NCBI GenBank assembly: GCA_050249515.1
Contig: JBFWQJ010000001.1
Location: 1 to 31,906 of the forward strand
DNA length: 31,906 bases
Direction: 5' to 3'
DNA from: Dehalococcoidia bacterium
GTDB taxonomy: Bacteria; Chloroflexota; Dehalococcoidia; UBA2979
This document shows, one piece after another, positions 1-9,216 of this stretch; the first letter of the stretch is position 1; the number at the start of each line of letters is the position of its first letter. The position numbers were made by a program, and so were the translations under genes. The notes beneath the pieces are model-generated. The model worked only from the letters and a program-made list of their open reading frames with translations. It was not told the origin of the DNA and searched no databases.

Positions 1-489
1 GCCGCGGCGGACTCGGACGTGGAGAACACCTACATCGTGCTGACGGCGCGGGCGCTCAACCCCTCGCTGTTCATCGTGGCGCGCGCGGGCTCGGACTCGG
101 CGGAGCGGCGGCTGATCTCCGCGGGCGCGGACCGCGTGATCTCGCCCTACCGCATCGGCGGGCGGCGCATGGCGCTGAGCGCGGTGCAGCCCATGCTGAT
201 GGAGTTCATGGACACGCTGGCCCGAGGCGGCACGGACGGCGACCACATGCTGGCGGAGATCGTGGCGGACGACGAGGCGGAGGGCCTCGCCGGGCGCACG
301 ATCCAGGAGGTGTTCGCCGACAGCAGCGGCGTGCAGGTGATGGGCATCGAGCGCGCCGGGGGCCGGCTGCAGATCGGCCCGCGCGGCGACACGCGCATCG
401 CTGCGGGCGACCGGCTCATGGTCTACGGCGAGAGCAGCGCGATCAGCCGTCTCTCCGCGCCGGGCCGAGGCGCCTCGGCCTCGGTGTAG
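1..489 (+). CDS. TrkA-N/TrkA-C (RCK) domain potassium channel family protein, 5'-truncated by the window edge
   Basis: Frame open from base 1 (AAADSDVENTYIVLTARALNP...ARA...GADRVISPY...) is typical RCK-N. The C-terminal VMGIER...GPRGDTRIAAGDRLMVYG is RCK-C-like. Confidence 0.8.
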   Translation, partial: AAADSDVENTYIVLTARALNPSLFIVARAGSDSAERRLISAGADRVISPYRIGGRRMALSAVQPMLMEFMDTLARGGTDGDHMLAEIVADDEAEGLAGRTIQEVFADSSGVQVMGIERAGGRLQIGPRGDTRIAAGDRLMVYGESSAISRLSAPGRGASASV

Positions 490-504
490 CGGCGGCCCGG
501 GCGC

Positions 505-1404
505 CTAGATCCACGCGCCGTCCTGCGCCTGCCAGAAGAACTGCACCAGCACGCCGCCCGTGTGGCGCGGGTGGATGAACGCCTCCCGCCAGGGGATGCC
601 GTCCGTCGCGTCCGCGCGCTCACCGAAGATCGGGATGTTGTGGTGCGCGCACGCGCTCACCGCGCGCTCCCAGTCGTGCACCTCGAACGTCGCGTGGTGC
701 ATGCCGGGCCCGCGCCGTTCGAGGAAGCGCTGGATGAACGAGTCCCCGCTGGCCGGCGCGATGTTCTCGATGCGCATCTGGCCCACGCGATGCTCCAGGA
801 CGCGCGTCCGGAAGCCGGTCTCCGACCCGTCGTCGGCGGAGCGGTGGATCGTGCGCATGCCGAAGAGGCGCTCGTACCAGTCGCCCAGCTCCTCGCGCGA
901 GGAGTACGCGTGGGAGAGGTGGTTGAGCGCCTTGATGCCCAGCGTGTTCGGGTCGTCATCCTCGGCCGGGGGCATCGTGTGCCACGGCTCGCCCTCGTAG
1001 AGCTGGAACAGGAAGCCGTGGCCGCCGCCGCGCGGGTGGATGTAGATGACGTCCGGCTCCTCGCCCGGCGCCACGGGGCCGCCGGCCCACGGCTGGGCGC
1101 CCTCGGCACGGATGGCGGCGGCCGCCTGGCGGATGTCGCGCACGCGGACCGTCAGGTGGTGCAGGCCCGCCCCCGTAGGCCCCTCCAGGAAGCGGTGCAG
1201 CGACGACGTCGGACTGTTCGGTGCGAGCACTTCCCATCCGAGGTCGGACTCGCCCGGCATCGCCATGTGCACGCCGAAGTAGCCGTCCTCGCTCTCGAAG
1301 CGCTCACCCGCGCGGAAGCCGAAGAGCTTCTCGAGGACATCGATCTGCGGGCCCAGCTCGGAGACGGCCTGGCTGACGTGGTCGAATCGGACGATCTCGA
1401 TCAA
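505..1404 (-). CDS. Tandem VOC/glyoxalase-fold protein (methylmalonyl-CoA epimerase-like, two domains)
   Basis: Two repeats of DHV/NHL...E...LHHL/MHHA...FIHP..GG.L.Q. TTG start with AGGAG RBS and TAAGAT -10 upstream on the minus strand. Confidence 0.8.
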   Translation of the reverse strand: MIEIVRFDHVSQAVSELGPQIDVLEKLFGFRAGERFESEDGYFGVHMAMPGESDLGWEVLAPNSPTSSLHRFLEGPTGAGLHHLTVRVRDIRQAAAAIRAEGAQPWAGGPVAPGEEPDVIYIHPRGGGHGFLFQLYEGEPWHTMPPAEDDDPNTLGIKALNHLSHAYSSREELGDWYERLFGMRTIHRSADDGSETGFRTRVLEHRVGQMRIENIAPASGDSFIQRFLERRGPGMHHATFEVHDWERAVSACAHHNIPIFGERADATDGIPWREAFIHPRHTGGVLVQFFWQAQDGAWI

Positions 1405-1517
1405 GGGACACTCCTGCCGCCGCGCGCCGCTGCCCAGCCATCTTAGCGGAGGCGTCCGCTGAGCCCACGCTCATCGGCCTCGCGATCGCGAGGCCGGTGC
1501 CGCGCTAGCATGGGCGA

Positions 1518-2465
1518 ATGTCCGCCACCCATCGCCGGGCCGTGGTGATCGCGAACCCCGCCGCTCGGCGCGCCCTGTCTCCCGGCGCCCTGGAGTCCGC
1601 CGCCGCCGCCGTCCGCGCGCGCGGCTGGGACGTGACGATCGAGGCCCCCGATGGCCGCGCCGACGCGATCGCACGCGCCGAGGCGCACGCGCGAAGTGGA
1701 GTGGACGCGCTCCTCGCATGTGGCGGCGATGGCAGCCTCGGCGTCGTCGTGCGCGGCGTGACCGCCGCGGGCGCCGACACGCCGACCGCTGTGGGCGTGA
1801 TCCCCGCCGGCACCGCGAACGTGTGGGCAGCGGAGACGGGCGTCCCGCGCGAGACGGAGCGCGCGCTCGCGCTGATCGAGGACGGCGTCCGGCGACGCGT
1901 GGACCTCGGCTGGGCGCGCATCGGCGCGGGTGAGCGCGTCCCGTTCCTCCTCGTCTGCGGCGCGGGGCTGGACGCCGCCGTGGTGCGGGCGGTGGAGGCG
2001 CGCCCGGCGTGGAAGCGCCGCGCCGGCCGCCTCGCCTTCGCGTTGCCCGCGCTCACCGCGCTCACCGCGTGGCCCGCGACCGAGGCGCTCGTGACGATCG
2101 ACGGCGAGGAGCTCCGGCCAGAGCACCTGCTGCTCGCGCTCGCCGGGAACGCGCACCGCTACGGCGGCGTCGCGGCGCTCTCGGCGCGCAGCGCGCTCGA
2201 CGACGGCCTCCTCGACGTGGCGCTGTTCGAGGGCGCGCCGGGCCTCCGGGCGCGCCTCGCCCTCGTCGCGCAGGCGCTGCGCGGGCGGCTGGACGAGCGC
2301 ACCGCACGCGGCGTGACGCACCGCCGCGCCGCGCGCGTCACGATCGCGCCCGCGCGCCCGATGCCGGTCGAGGTGGATGGCGACTACCTCGGCGAGTGCA
2401 GCGCCACCGCGCCGCTGGAGCTGGAGGTGGCACCCGGCGCGATCACGGTGATCGCGGGGCGCTAG
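1518..2465 (+). CDS. Diacylglycerol/lipid kinase family protein (YegS/BmrU-like)
   Basis: Motifs IANPAA, CGGDGS, IPAGTANVWA, GAGLDA and VEVDGD. TAGCAT -10 sits 6 nt before ATG (leaderless). Confidence 0.87.
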   Translation: MSATHRRAVVIANPAARRALSPGALESAAAAVRARGWDVTIEAPDGRADAIARAEAHARSGVDALLACGGDGSLGVVVRGVTAAGADTPTAVGVIPAGTANVWAAETGVPRETERALALIEDGVRRRVDLGWARIGAGERVPFLLVCGAGLDAAVVRAVEARPAWKRRAGRLAFALPALTALTAWPATEALVTIDGEELRPEHLLLALAGNAHRYGGVAALSARSALDDGLLDVALFEGAPGLRARLALVAQALRGRLDERTARGVTHRRAARVTIAPARPMPVEVDGDYLGECSATAPLELEVAPGAITVIAGR

Positions 2466-3649
2466 CCCTCCCCGGAGGTGATGGGCGAGAGCGCGCCGTC
2501 CACCAGGCGCAGGCGGCGCGCGCCCGGCAGTTCCTCGCGGCTGGGGCGGTCCTCGTCCGGGGTGGTGATCAGCACCTGGTCGACACCGTAGGCGACGTGC
2601 AGGATGCGCTCGCGGCGGCGCGCGTCCAACTCGGACAGGATGTCGTCCAGCAGCAGCACAGGGGGGTCGCCCGTGCGTCGCGTGGACAGCGCGACCTCTG
2701 CCAGCCGCAGCGCCAGCGCCGCGCTCCGCTGCTGCCCTCGCGAGGCGCTCAGCCCCGCCGGGTGCCCCGCGATGAGGAACGCGAGGTCGTCGCGGTGCGG
2801 GCCGATGCGCGAGACGCCGCGGCGCACATCCTCGACACGCCCCGCCTCCAGCGCCGCGCGCAGTCGCTCCTGCAGGTCGTGCTCGCGGAGCGCCGCCTCC
2901 ACCTCCGCCGGCACACCGGGGAGGTAGCGGATCTCGAGCCGCTCCTCCGTCGTCGCCGCCAGCTCCGCGTAGCGGTCCGCGGCGTCGCGGGCGAGCGCAC
3001 GGACGGACTCCGCGCGCCGCGCGAGGATCAGCGCGCCCGCGGCGGACAGCTCGTCGTCCCAGAAGTCGAGCTGGTCGAGCCCGCGCCCGCCGCGCTCCTG
3101 CAGCCGCCGCAGCAGGCTGTTGCGCTGCTCCAGCACGCGCGCGTAGCGCTGCAGTGCCCGCAGGTACGCCGGGTCGAGCTGCGAGATCGTGAGGTCCAGG
3201 TAGCGGCGCCGGTTCGCCGGCGGGCCGTCGATGATCGCGAGGTCGTCCGCGGCGAACATGACGACGCGCAGCTGGCCGATCAGGTCGGTCGCGCGCCTGG
3301 CGACGCCGTTCACGCGGAAGCGCTTGCCCGCGCGCGTGGGCGGCACCCCCGCGACGGTCACCTGCGCGATGACGGCGACTTCCAGCGCGCGGCGCCCCGC
3401 GGCGGTCTCCACGTCCGCCTCCAGCCGCGCGGCGGGCAGCGGGCCTTCCACGACGGCCTGCCACGCGATGAGGTCGAGGTCCGGGCCGCTGCGCACGCCC
3501 TTCGTCGTCGCGATCATCGCGATCGACTCGAGCAGGTTCGTCTTCCCCGCCGCGTTCGCGCCGGCGATCACGTAGATCCCGGGCGCCAGGTCGATGGCGA
3601 GGTGGCGGAACGAGCGGACATCCGTGAGGGCGAGGTGCGCCAGGTGCAT
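2462..3649 (-). CDS. recF: DNA replication/repair protein RecF
   Basis: N-terminal L..VRSF, Walker A GANAAGKTN, GPPANRRRYLD, IGPHRDDL, SRGQQRS..LAL.LAE and LLLDDILSELD. Confidence 0.95.
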   Translation of the reverse strand: MHLAHLALTDVRSFRHLAIDLAPGIYVIAGANAAGKTNLLESIAMIATTKGVRSGPDLDLIAWQAVVEGPLPAARLEADVETAAGRRALEVAVIAQVTVAGVPPTRAGKRFRVNGVARRATDLIGQLRVVMFAADDLAIIDGPPANRRRYLDLTISQLDPAYLRALQRYARVLEQRNSLLRRLQERGGRGLDQLDFWDDELSAAGALILARRAESVRALARDAADRYAELAATTEERLEIRYLPGVPAEVEAALREHDLQERLRAALEAGRVEDVRRGVSRIGPHRDDLAFLIAGHPAGLSASRGQQRSAALALRLAEVALSTRRTGDPPVLLLDDILSELDARRRERILHVAYGVDQVLITTPDEDRPSREELPGARRLRLVDGALSPITSGEG

Positions 3650-3686
3650 GTGGGCGGATTATCGCATGCGCGCGGGGCGGGCCCGG

Positions 3687-5129
3687 CTACGCCTCGTCCA
3701 GCGTCGCGCGCTCGGCGGCGGTGCGCTCGGGCGCGGCGCGGAGCTCGATGACGAAGCACGCACCGGTGCCATCCGCCGGGGTCTCCACCCAGATGCGACC
3801 GCCCTGCGCCTCGATTAGCCGGCGCGCGATCGCCAGGCCCAGGCCGGAGCCGGGCACGGACTCCCCGCCCGGGCCGCGCACCCGGTAGTACGCCTCGAAG
3901 ATGCGCTCCCGGTCCTCCCGCGCGATGCCGGCGCCGTGGTCGCGCACCTCGATGCGCACGCGCCCCTCCGGCACGCGCATCGCGTTGATCACGATCTCGC
4001 TGTTCGGCGGCGCGTGCCGGTTCGCGTTCGAGAGGATCGCGAGCACCACCTGCTCCAGCCGGTTCGGGTCGGCGACCACGTAGAGCGGCGTGGCGGGGAC
4101 GTCGCCGGTCACGGTCTGCTCGCGCAGCATGAGCGCGGGGCGCATCAGCGACTCCGCGTTGTCCAGCGCCTGCACCGCGTCCACCTCCGCCAGCCGCACC
4201 TCGAACTCCTGCCCGCCCGACCGGCCGAGGTCGATCAGGTCGGTGACGAGGCGGTTGAGGCGCTCCACGCCGTAGGTGAGCGAGGCGACCAGCTCATCGG
4301 CGCCGCTGTCCATGCTCTCGCTGTCCATGCGCAGCAGGTCAGCGAAGGCCTGGATCGACATCAGCGGGGTGCGGATCTCATGCGAGAGTGAGCCCATGAA
4401 CTCGCGGCGGCGCTGGTCCTGGCCCTCCAGGTCGCGCTCGCGCTGGTAGGAGGCCTCGTACAGCGCGGCGTGGTCCAGCGCAGCGCCCACCTGGCCCGCG
4501 ATCGTGGCCAGCACCACGTCGTCGCGCAGCGCCCCGGGCTTGCGGCTGACGAGGAGCAGCAGGCCGATGAGGTCGCCGTTGCTGGTGATCGGGACGCGCG
4601 CCACCCACGGCCGTTTGCCCAGCGCGGGGACGACCGGCGCCACCCACGGGTGCACCTCGCCGCGGTCGCGGCGGATCGAGGGGCGTGGGCCGCTGGTGTA
4701 GCGCACCAGCGGCGCGGTCTTCGCCCAGCCGTCCGGGTAGCCGATGGACGCGAGGACGCGCTGCGCGTCCCCCTGCTCGTCCGCCAGCGCAATCACGCCC
4801 GCCTCCGCGAGCCGGTGGCGCACCAGCGCGGCGAGCGCGCCTCGCGCGGCGTCGCCGATGTTGCGCGGCTCCGCGACGACGTCCAGCAGCACGATCTGCG
4901 CGGCGTGGCGCTGGCGCTCGTCCGTGACGGAGTTGATGTACCAGGCGGCCGGCGCGAGGACGAGCGCGAGGATGCCGAGGTCGGCGGCGAGCAGCAGCGG
5001 CTCGAAGCGCTGGAGGACCGCGAAGCTGATGGCGAGGTGCACGCCGACGAGCAGGCCGCCGCCGAGGAGCGCGAGCACCCAGAGCAGCACGCCGCTGCGG
5101 CGAGCGCGGGAGATCGAGGTCGTCGTCAT
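3687..5129 (-). CDS. Membrane sensor histidine kinase (2 TM, GAF-like, HisKA, HATPase_c); start could extend to TTG at 5216
   Basis: H-box LSHEIRTPL, N-box LEQVVLAILSNA, G1 DHGAGI, G2 GSGLGLAI and two hydrophobic N-terminal segments. Confidence 0.9.
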   Translation of the reverse strand: MTTTSISRARRSGVLLWVLALLGGGLLVGVHLAISFAVLQRFEPLLLAADLGILALVLAPAAWYINSVTDERQRHAAQIVLLDVVAEPRNIGDAARGALAALVRHRLAEAGVIALADEQGDAQRVLASIGYPDGWAKTAPLVRYTSGPRPSIRRDRGEVHPWVAPVVPALGKRPWVARVPITSNGDLIGLLLLVSRKPGALRDDVVLATIAGQVGAALDHAALYEASYQRERDLEGQDQRRREFMGSLSHEIRTPLMSIQAFADLLRMDSESMDSGADELVASLTYGVERLNRLVTDLIDLGRSGGQEFEVRLAEVDAVQALDNAESLMRPALMLREQTVTGDVPATPLYVVADPNRLEQVVLAILSNANRHAPPNSEIVINAMRVPEGRVRIEVRDHGAGIAREDRERIFEAYYRVRGPGGESVPGSGLGLAIARRLIEAQGGRIWVETPADGTGACFVIELRAAPERTAAERATLDEA

Positions 5130-5271
5130 CGACGGGCCGCCGGCGGGCGTCCGGCGGGGCCGGTGGGCGCGCCGTGCCGTGGCACGCGCGAGTCCCGGGT
5201 GGGATCGGTCACTCAAACGCCTCCCGCAGGCCCCCGCCGCGGGTAGCTACGGACTGACTGTACCGGAAGGA

Positions 5272-6474
5272 CTAGCCGAAGGCGATCGTGATCGAGCGCT
5301 CGGCCTCGGACGCCTCCTGGACGACCGCGTTCTGGCCGAGGCCCGTGCCCAGCCCTTCCGCGATCTCGTCGGAGTCGACGTCGGCGGCGAGCTCCAGGCG
5401 GAGGCGGGCCTCGCCCTGAGAGTAGGCCTCAACCGTGGCCGAGCGGACGGCCGGGATGCGCTGGAGCGCGTCCTGGAGCCGCATCAGGCCCTGGAAGCCG
5501 GACACCGGGGCCGCGCGGAGCTGCACGGCGCCGTCCGCCGGAGTGAACGTGGCCAGCGTGCCGGCGACGTCGTCCGCGTCGTCGCGCTCCCAGAGGTCCG
5601 CGGCGGCGCTGCCGAGGGCAGTGGCGCCCAGCCCGGCCCCACCGATCGAGGAGGGCGCGGGGCGCTCCGGCTCGGCGGCGGGTTCGGACTCGATGACCTC
5701 GGGCTCCGGCGCGCGGAACGGCGCATGGGCCGCCGCGGGCTGGCTGCCGCCGCGCATGGGCGGGACGGCGGAGGGCGGGGGCGGCGAGGCCGGACGCGGG
5801 CGTTCCGGGACGACGCTCAGCCCACCGGGGCGACGCTCGTCCTCCACCGGGCGGGAGAAGGCGGGGCGCGCCGGCGGAGCCGGCGGCGTGCTGGGACGCG
5901 GCGGCGCGGGCGGTGGAGGCGGCTCGGCGGCGGCCGGCGGAGCCGGCGGCGGCGCGGACTGCACCGGCGGGGCCGCCGGCGTGGCGGGCGCCGCGGGCGC
6001 GCTGACGCGCTGGCTGCTGATGATCGACTCGATGCGGGCGAGGCGCGCCTGGACGTCGCGCATGCCGACGACCAGCTCGTCCACGGAGCGGCGGATCGTC
6101 TCCACCTCGATGGCGCTGGCGGCGCCGGCCGGGGCGGACCGTTCGCGGTTGAGCAGTTCGGTGGCGCGCTCCATGGAGTCCTGCATGATGCGCTCGGCGC
6201 GCTGACGCGCATCTGCCAGCAGCATCTCCGCCTCCACCGTGCGCGACCCCGGGGACGAGGTAGACGCGCGGGGCGCGGACTGGGCAGGCGCAGGCTGGGC
6301 GGGCGGCGGCGCGGGCGAGGGGGCCGGGGCGCGGGGCGGCTGGGCGGCGGCGCGAATCGCCTCGCCGGCCTCGGCGCGGTCGCCGTCGGCGCCCAGGGCG
6401 GCGATCAGCGAACCCAGGGCGCGCAGGATCGCGCCCGAGCCGTTGCCGCCCTGGTTCGACGGGTCGAGGGTCAC
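5272..6474 (-). CDS. Hypothetical Pro/Ala-rich protein with coiled-coil segments and a small C-terminal alpha/beta domain
   Basis: GTG start overlaps the response-regulator stop (GTGA). Heptad-like EAEMLLADARQRAERIMQDSMERATELL and VETIRRSVDELVVGMRDVQARLARIE segments. Globular-looking last ~75 aa. Confidence 0.75.
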   Translation of the reverse strand: MTLDPSNQGGNGSGAILRALGSLIAALGADGDRAEAGEAIRAAAQPPRAPAPSPAPPPAQPAPAQSAPRASTSSPGSRTVEAEMLLADARQRAERIMQDSMERATELLNRERSAPAGAASAIEVETIRRSVDELVVGMRDVQARLARIESIISSQRVSAPAAPATPAAPPVQSAPPPAPPAAAEPPPPPAPPRPSTPPAPPARPAFSRPVEDERRPGGLSVVPERPRPASPPPPSAVPPMRGGSQPAAAHAPFRAPEPEVIESEPAAEPERPAPSSIGGAGLGATALGSAAADLWERDDADDVAGTLATFTPADGAVQLRAAPVSGFQGLMRLQDALQRIPAVRSATVEAYSQGEARLRLELAADVDSDEIAEGLGTGLGQNAVVQEASEAERSITIAFG

Positions 6475-7193
6475 CGTACTGCCTTCCGGCCGGCATCAGC
6501 GCGCTGCCGGCGGACGAACTTGTACCCGACGCCGCGCTCGTTCGCGATCATCGGTTCGTTCTGCGGGTCGTCACCGAGCTTCCGTCGCAGGTGCTGAATG
6601 TGCACCTTCAGGTAGTCGGTTTCGTCCATATACTCCCGCCCCCACACCTTCGCGAGAAGGGTACGGAAGGTTAAGACCCGGTTCTCATTCCGCGTGAGGT
6701 GGTAGAGCAGCCCGTACTCGATCGGGGTGAGTTTGACCTCTTCCCCGTTCACGCGCACCTGCCGGCTGGCGTAGTCGATGAACAGCGGGGCCGCGTCGAA
6801 CGGCGGGCCCTCGCGCGTGGGCTCCTGCGACTCGGAGCGGCGCAGCACCGCCCGGACGCGCGCCAGCAGTTCGATGTGGGAGAAGGGCTTGGTGACGTAA
6901 TCGTCCGCCCCGAGCTCGAGGCCGCGGACCTTGTCCACCTCCTCGTGCCGCGCGGAGAGCATGACGATCGGGACGTCCGAGAAGTGGCGCACGCGCTCGC
7001 AGACCTCGAACCCGTCGATGTCGGGGAGGCCGATGTCGAGCAGCACCAGGTCGGGCGCCTCGCGTTCGACGAGATCGACGCCCTGCTCTCCCGTGGAGGC
7101 AGTCACCACCTCGGCCTCCGGCCAGCGGAGCCCGAACGTGAGGCGCACGATCTCGGCGATATCGGGTTCGTCGTCGATGACCAGCACTCGCAT
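6471..7193 (-). CDS. OmpR/PhoB-family response regulator
   Basis: VLVIDDEP, DLVLLDIGLPDIDG, GADDYVTKPFS, winged helix LTPIEY.LL...LKVHIQHLRRKL...ERGVGY. TACACT -10 lies 7 nt before ATG at 7193. Confidence 0.93.
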   Translation of the reverse strand: MRVLVIDDEPDIAEIVRLTFGLRWPEAEVVTASTGEQGVDLVEREAPDLVLLDIGLPDIDGFEVCERVRHFSDVPIVMLSARHEEVDKVRGLELGADDYVTKPFSHIELLARVRAVLRRSESQEPTREGPPFDAAPLFIDYASRQVRVNGEEVKLTPIEYGLLYHLTRNENRVLTFRTLLAKVWGREYMDETDYLKVHIQHLRRKLGDDPQNEPMIANERGVGYKFVRRQRADAGRKAVR

Positions 7194-7344
7194 GGCGAAG
7201 AGTGTACCCGGCACGACCATCAAGCGTTGCGATTATGACAAGTGGTTTCCCCTGACATCCACCGGGGAACTCCCTGACCTCGCGCGGCTGTTCCCGGTGG
7301 TATCGTCCGGCGGCCGAGGACGGCGCGATGACGAGGAGACGGCG

Positions 7345-8388
7345 ATGGCGGACACGCTGCGAATTGGACTGATCGGCGCGGGCGGGAACATGCGCGCCCG
7401 GCACATGCCCGGCTTCCAGGCGATCGAGGGCGTGGAGGTCGTCGCGGTCTGCAACCGCACCGCGGAGAGCGGCCACCGCTTCGCCGACTCGTTCGGCATC
7501 GGGCGGGTGGAGACGGACCCGGAGGCGCTGTTCAGCGACCCGAACATCGACGCGATCTGCATCGGCACGTGGCCGTACCGCCACCGCGAGTACGTGGTCC
7601 GCGCGCTGGAGGCCGGCAAGCACGTCCTGACCGAGGCGCGCATGGCGATGAACACCGCCGAGGCCCGCGAGATGCTGGAGGTGTCGCGCGCGCACCCCAA
7701 CCTCGTCGCACAGATCGTGCCGGGGCCGCCGGACCTGAAGTCATGGCGCACGGTGCGCCGCATGGTGGCGGACGGCACGCTGGGCGAGATCCGCGAGGTG
7801 CACGTCTCCGTCCTCAACGGCTCAGCGATCGACCCGAGCGCCCCGCTGCACTGGCGCGAGCGCACCGACCTGTCCGGCGTGAACGTGATGTCCTACGGCA
7901 TCTACACAGAGGTGATCGCGCGCTGGTTCGGCCCGACGAAGCGCATCCTGGCGGACGGCGCGGTGTTCATGAAGCGCCGCGTGGACGCCGAGACCGGTCA
8001 GGAGCGCGAGATCGACGTCCCGGACAGCCTCGGCGTCTTCGCGACGATGGAGAACGGCGCGCGGGTGACGTACCGCTTCAGCACGGTCGCGCCGCACCCG
8101 GGGCCGGGGAGCAGCGGCATCTCGGTCTACGGCAGCAACGGCACGCTGCACTGGGAGATCGGCGACAGGATGCAGTTCGCCCCCGTCGGCGGCACGCTCG
8201 CCCCGCTTGCCCCGGACGCCGGCACGGACATCGAGTGGCGCGTCGAGGCCGACTTCGTCGACTCGATCCGCGAGGGCGCGCCCGTGATCCTGACCAACTT
8301 CGAGGACGGCGTGAACTACATGCGCGTCATCGAGGCCACCCAGCGCTCCCGCCTCGAAGGCCGCGCGGTCGATCTGAGCGAGGTGTAA
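7345..8388 (+). CDS. Gfo/Idh/MocA family NAD(P)-dependent oxidoreductase
   Basis: RIGLIGAGG Rossmann start, IDAICIGTWPY.H, GKHVLTEARMA. GAGGAG RBS before ATG at 7345. Confidence 0.9.
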   Translation: MADTLRIGLIGAGGNMRARHMPGFQAIEGVEVVAVCNRTAESGHRFADSFGIGRVETDPEALFSDPNIDAICIGTWPYRHREYVVRALEAGKHVLTEARMAMNTAEAREMLEVSRAHPNLVAQIVPGPPDLKSWRTVRRMVADGTLGEIREVHVSVLNGSAIDPSAPLHWRERTDLSGVNVMSYGIYTEVIARWFGPTKRILADGAVFMKRRVDAETGQEREIDVPDSLGVFATMENGARVTYRFSTVAPHPGPGSSGISVYGSNGTLHWEIGDRMQFAPVGGTLAPLAPDAGTDIEWRVEADFVDSIREGAPVILTNFEDGVNYMRVIEATQRSRLEGRAVDLSEV

Positions 8389-8438
8389 CGCCGGCGGGCT
8401 TGCGGTGTGGCCGCGGATCGGATGAGATAGAGGGCGAC

Positions 8439-8528
8439 TGAGGGGGAGTAGTCCCTCGCGCGCCCGTCGACATGCTCCCTCGCTGAGGGCGGCGGCGCGG
8501 TCCCTCCGGGGACGGACGAGACTCTCGG
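8439..8528 (+). promoter_or_regulatory. yybP-ykoY manganese riboswitch aptamer
   Basis: GGGGAGTAG (8443-8451), CGTCGACAT loop (8465-8473) and closing GGACGAGACTC (8514-8524). GTCC/GGAC pairing, P4 hairpin GTCCC-TCCG-GGGAC. Directly upstream of a TMEM165/GDT1 gene, a known context for this riboswitch. Confidence 0.87.
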
Positions 8529-8630
8529 CCCCAACCACGCCGTGCTGCGTGGCGGGCCGAGGCATGCGTCCCCCCTCTGCCGGACGCCCTCGACGCGCAT
8601 CGCAGCACTCCGGACGCATCGGAGTGACCC

Positions 8631-9203
8631 GTGTCCTCGTTCCTGCTCTCAAGCCTGCTCATCTTCGTCGCCGAGCTCGGCGACAAGTCGCAACTGGTCG
8701 CGCTGTGGTTCTCCACGCGCTACCGCTGGTGGATCGTGCTGAGCGGCGTGACCGCCGCCACGCTGCTGGTGCACCTCGGCTCCGTCGCGCTCGGGCGCGC
8801 CATCGACGGCGTCGTGCCGGACGAGGTGCTGCGCATCGTCGTCGGACTGTCGTTCTTCGGCTTCGCGTGGTGGAGCATCCGCGGCGACACGCTGGACGAC
8901 GACAGCACGCGGGAGCGCCGCCTGCCCGGTCTGGGCGCGTTCGGGATCGTGGCGCTCGCCTTCTTCATCTCGGAGCTGGGCGACAAGACACAGCTCGCCA
9001 CGGTGTCGCTGGCCGGACAGGACCCGGGCTTCGTGGGCGTCTGGCTCGGCTCGACGTTCGGGATGGTCGCCGCGGACGCCGTCGCGGTCGCGGCGGGCAT
9101 CGCGCTCGGCAAGCGGCTGCCGCAGCGGCGCATCGGTCAGTTCGCCGCGCTGCTCTTCGTGGCGTTCGGGGCGATCACCATCGGCAGCGTGTTCGTGGGC
9201 TAG
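8631..9203 (+). CDS. TMEM165/GDT1 (UPF0016) family Mn2+/Ca2+ exporter
   Basis: Two E-x-G-D-K-[ST] motifs (AELGDKSQ, SELGDKTQ) in about 6 TM helices. GTG start with GGAG RBS. Confidence 0.92.
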   Translation: MSSFLLSSLLIFVAELGDKSQLVALWFSTRYRWWIVLSGVTAATLLVHLGSVALGRAIDGVVPDEVLRIVVGLSFFGFAWWSIRGDTLDDDSTRERRLPGLGAFGIVALAFFISELGDKTQLATVSLAGQDPGFVGVWLGSTFGMVAADAVAVAAGIALGKRLPQRRIGQFAALLFVAFGAITIGSVFVG

Positions 9204-9216
9204 CGCCGCCGCGTCG

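Noticed and set aside
6560-6700. Locally AT-richer codons in the response regulator 3' half (possible internal promoter TACCCT or LexA-like AGAAC)
   Set aside because: No convincing -35 and no GAAC-N4-GTTC match; the signal is too weak to call.
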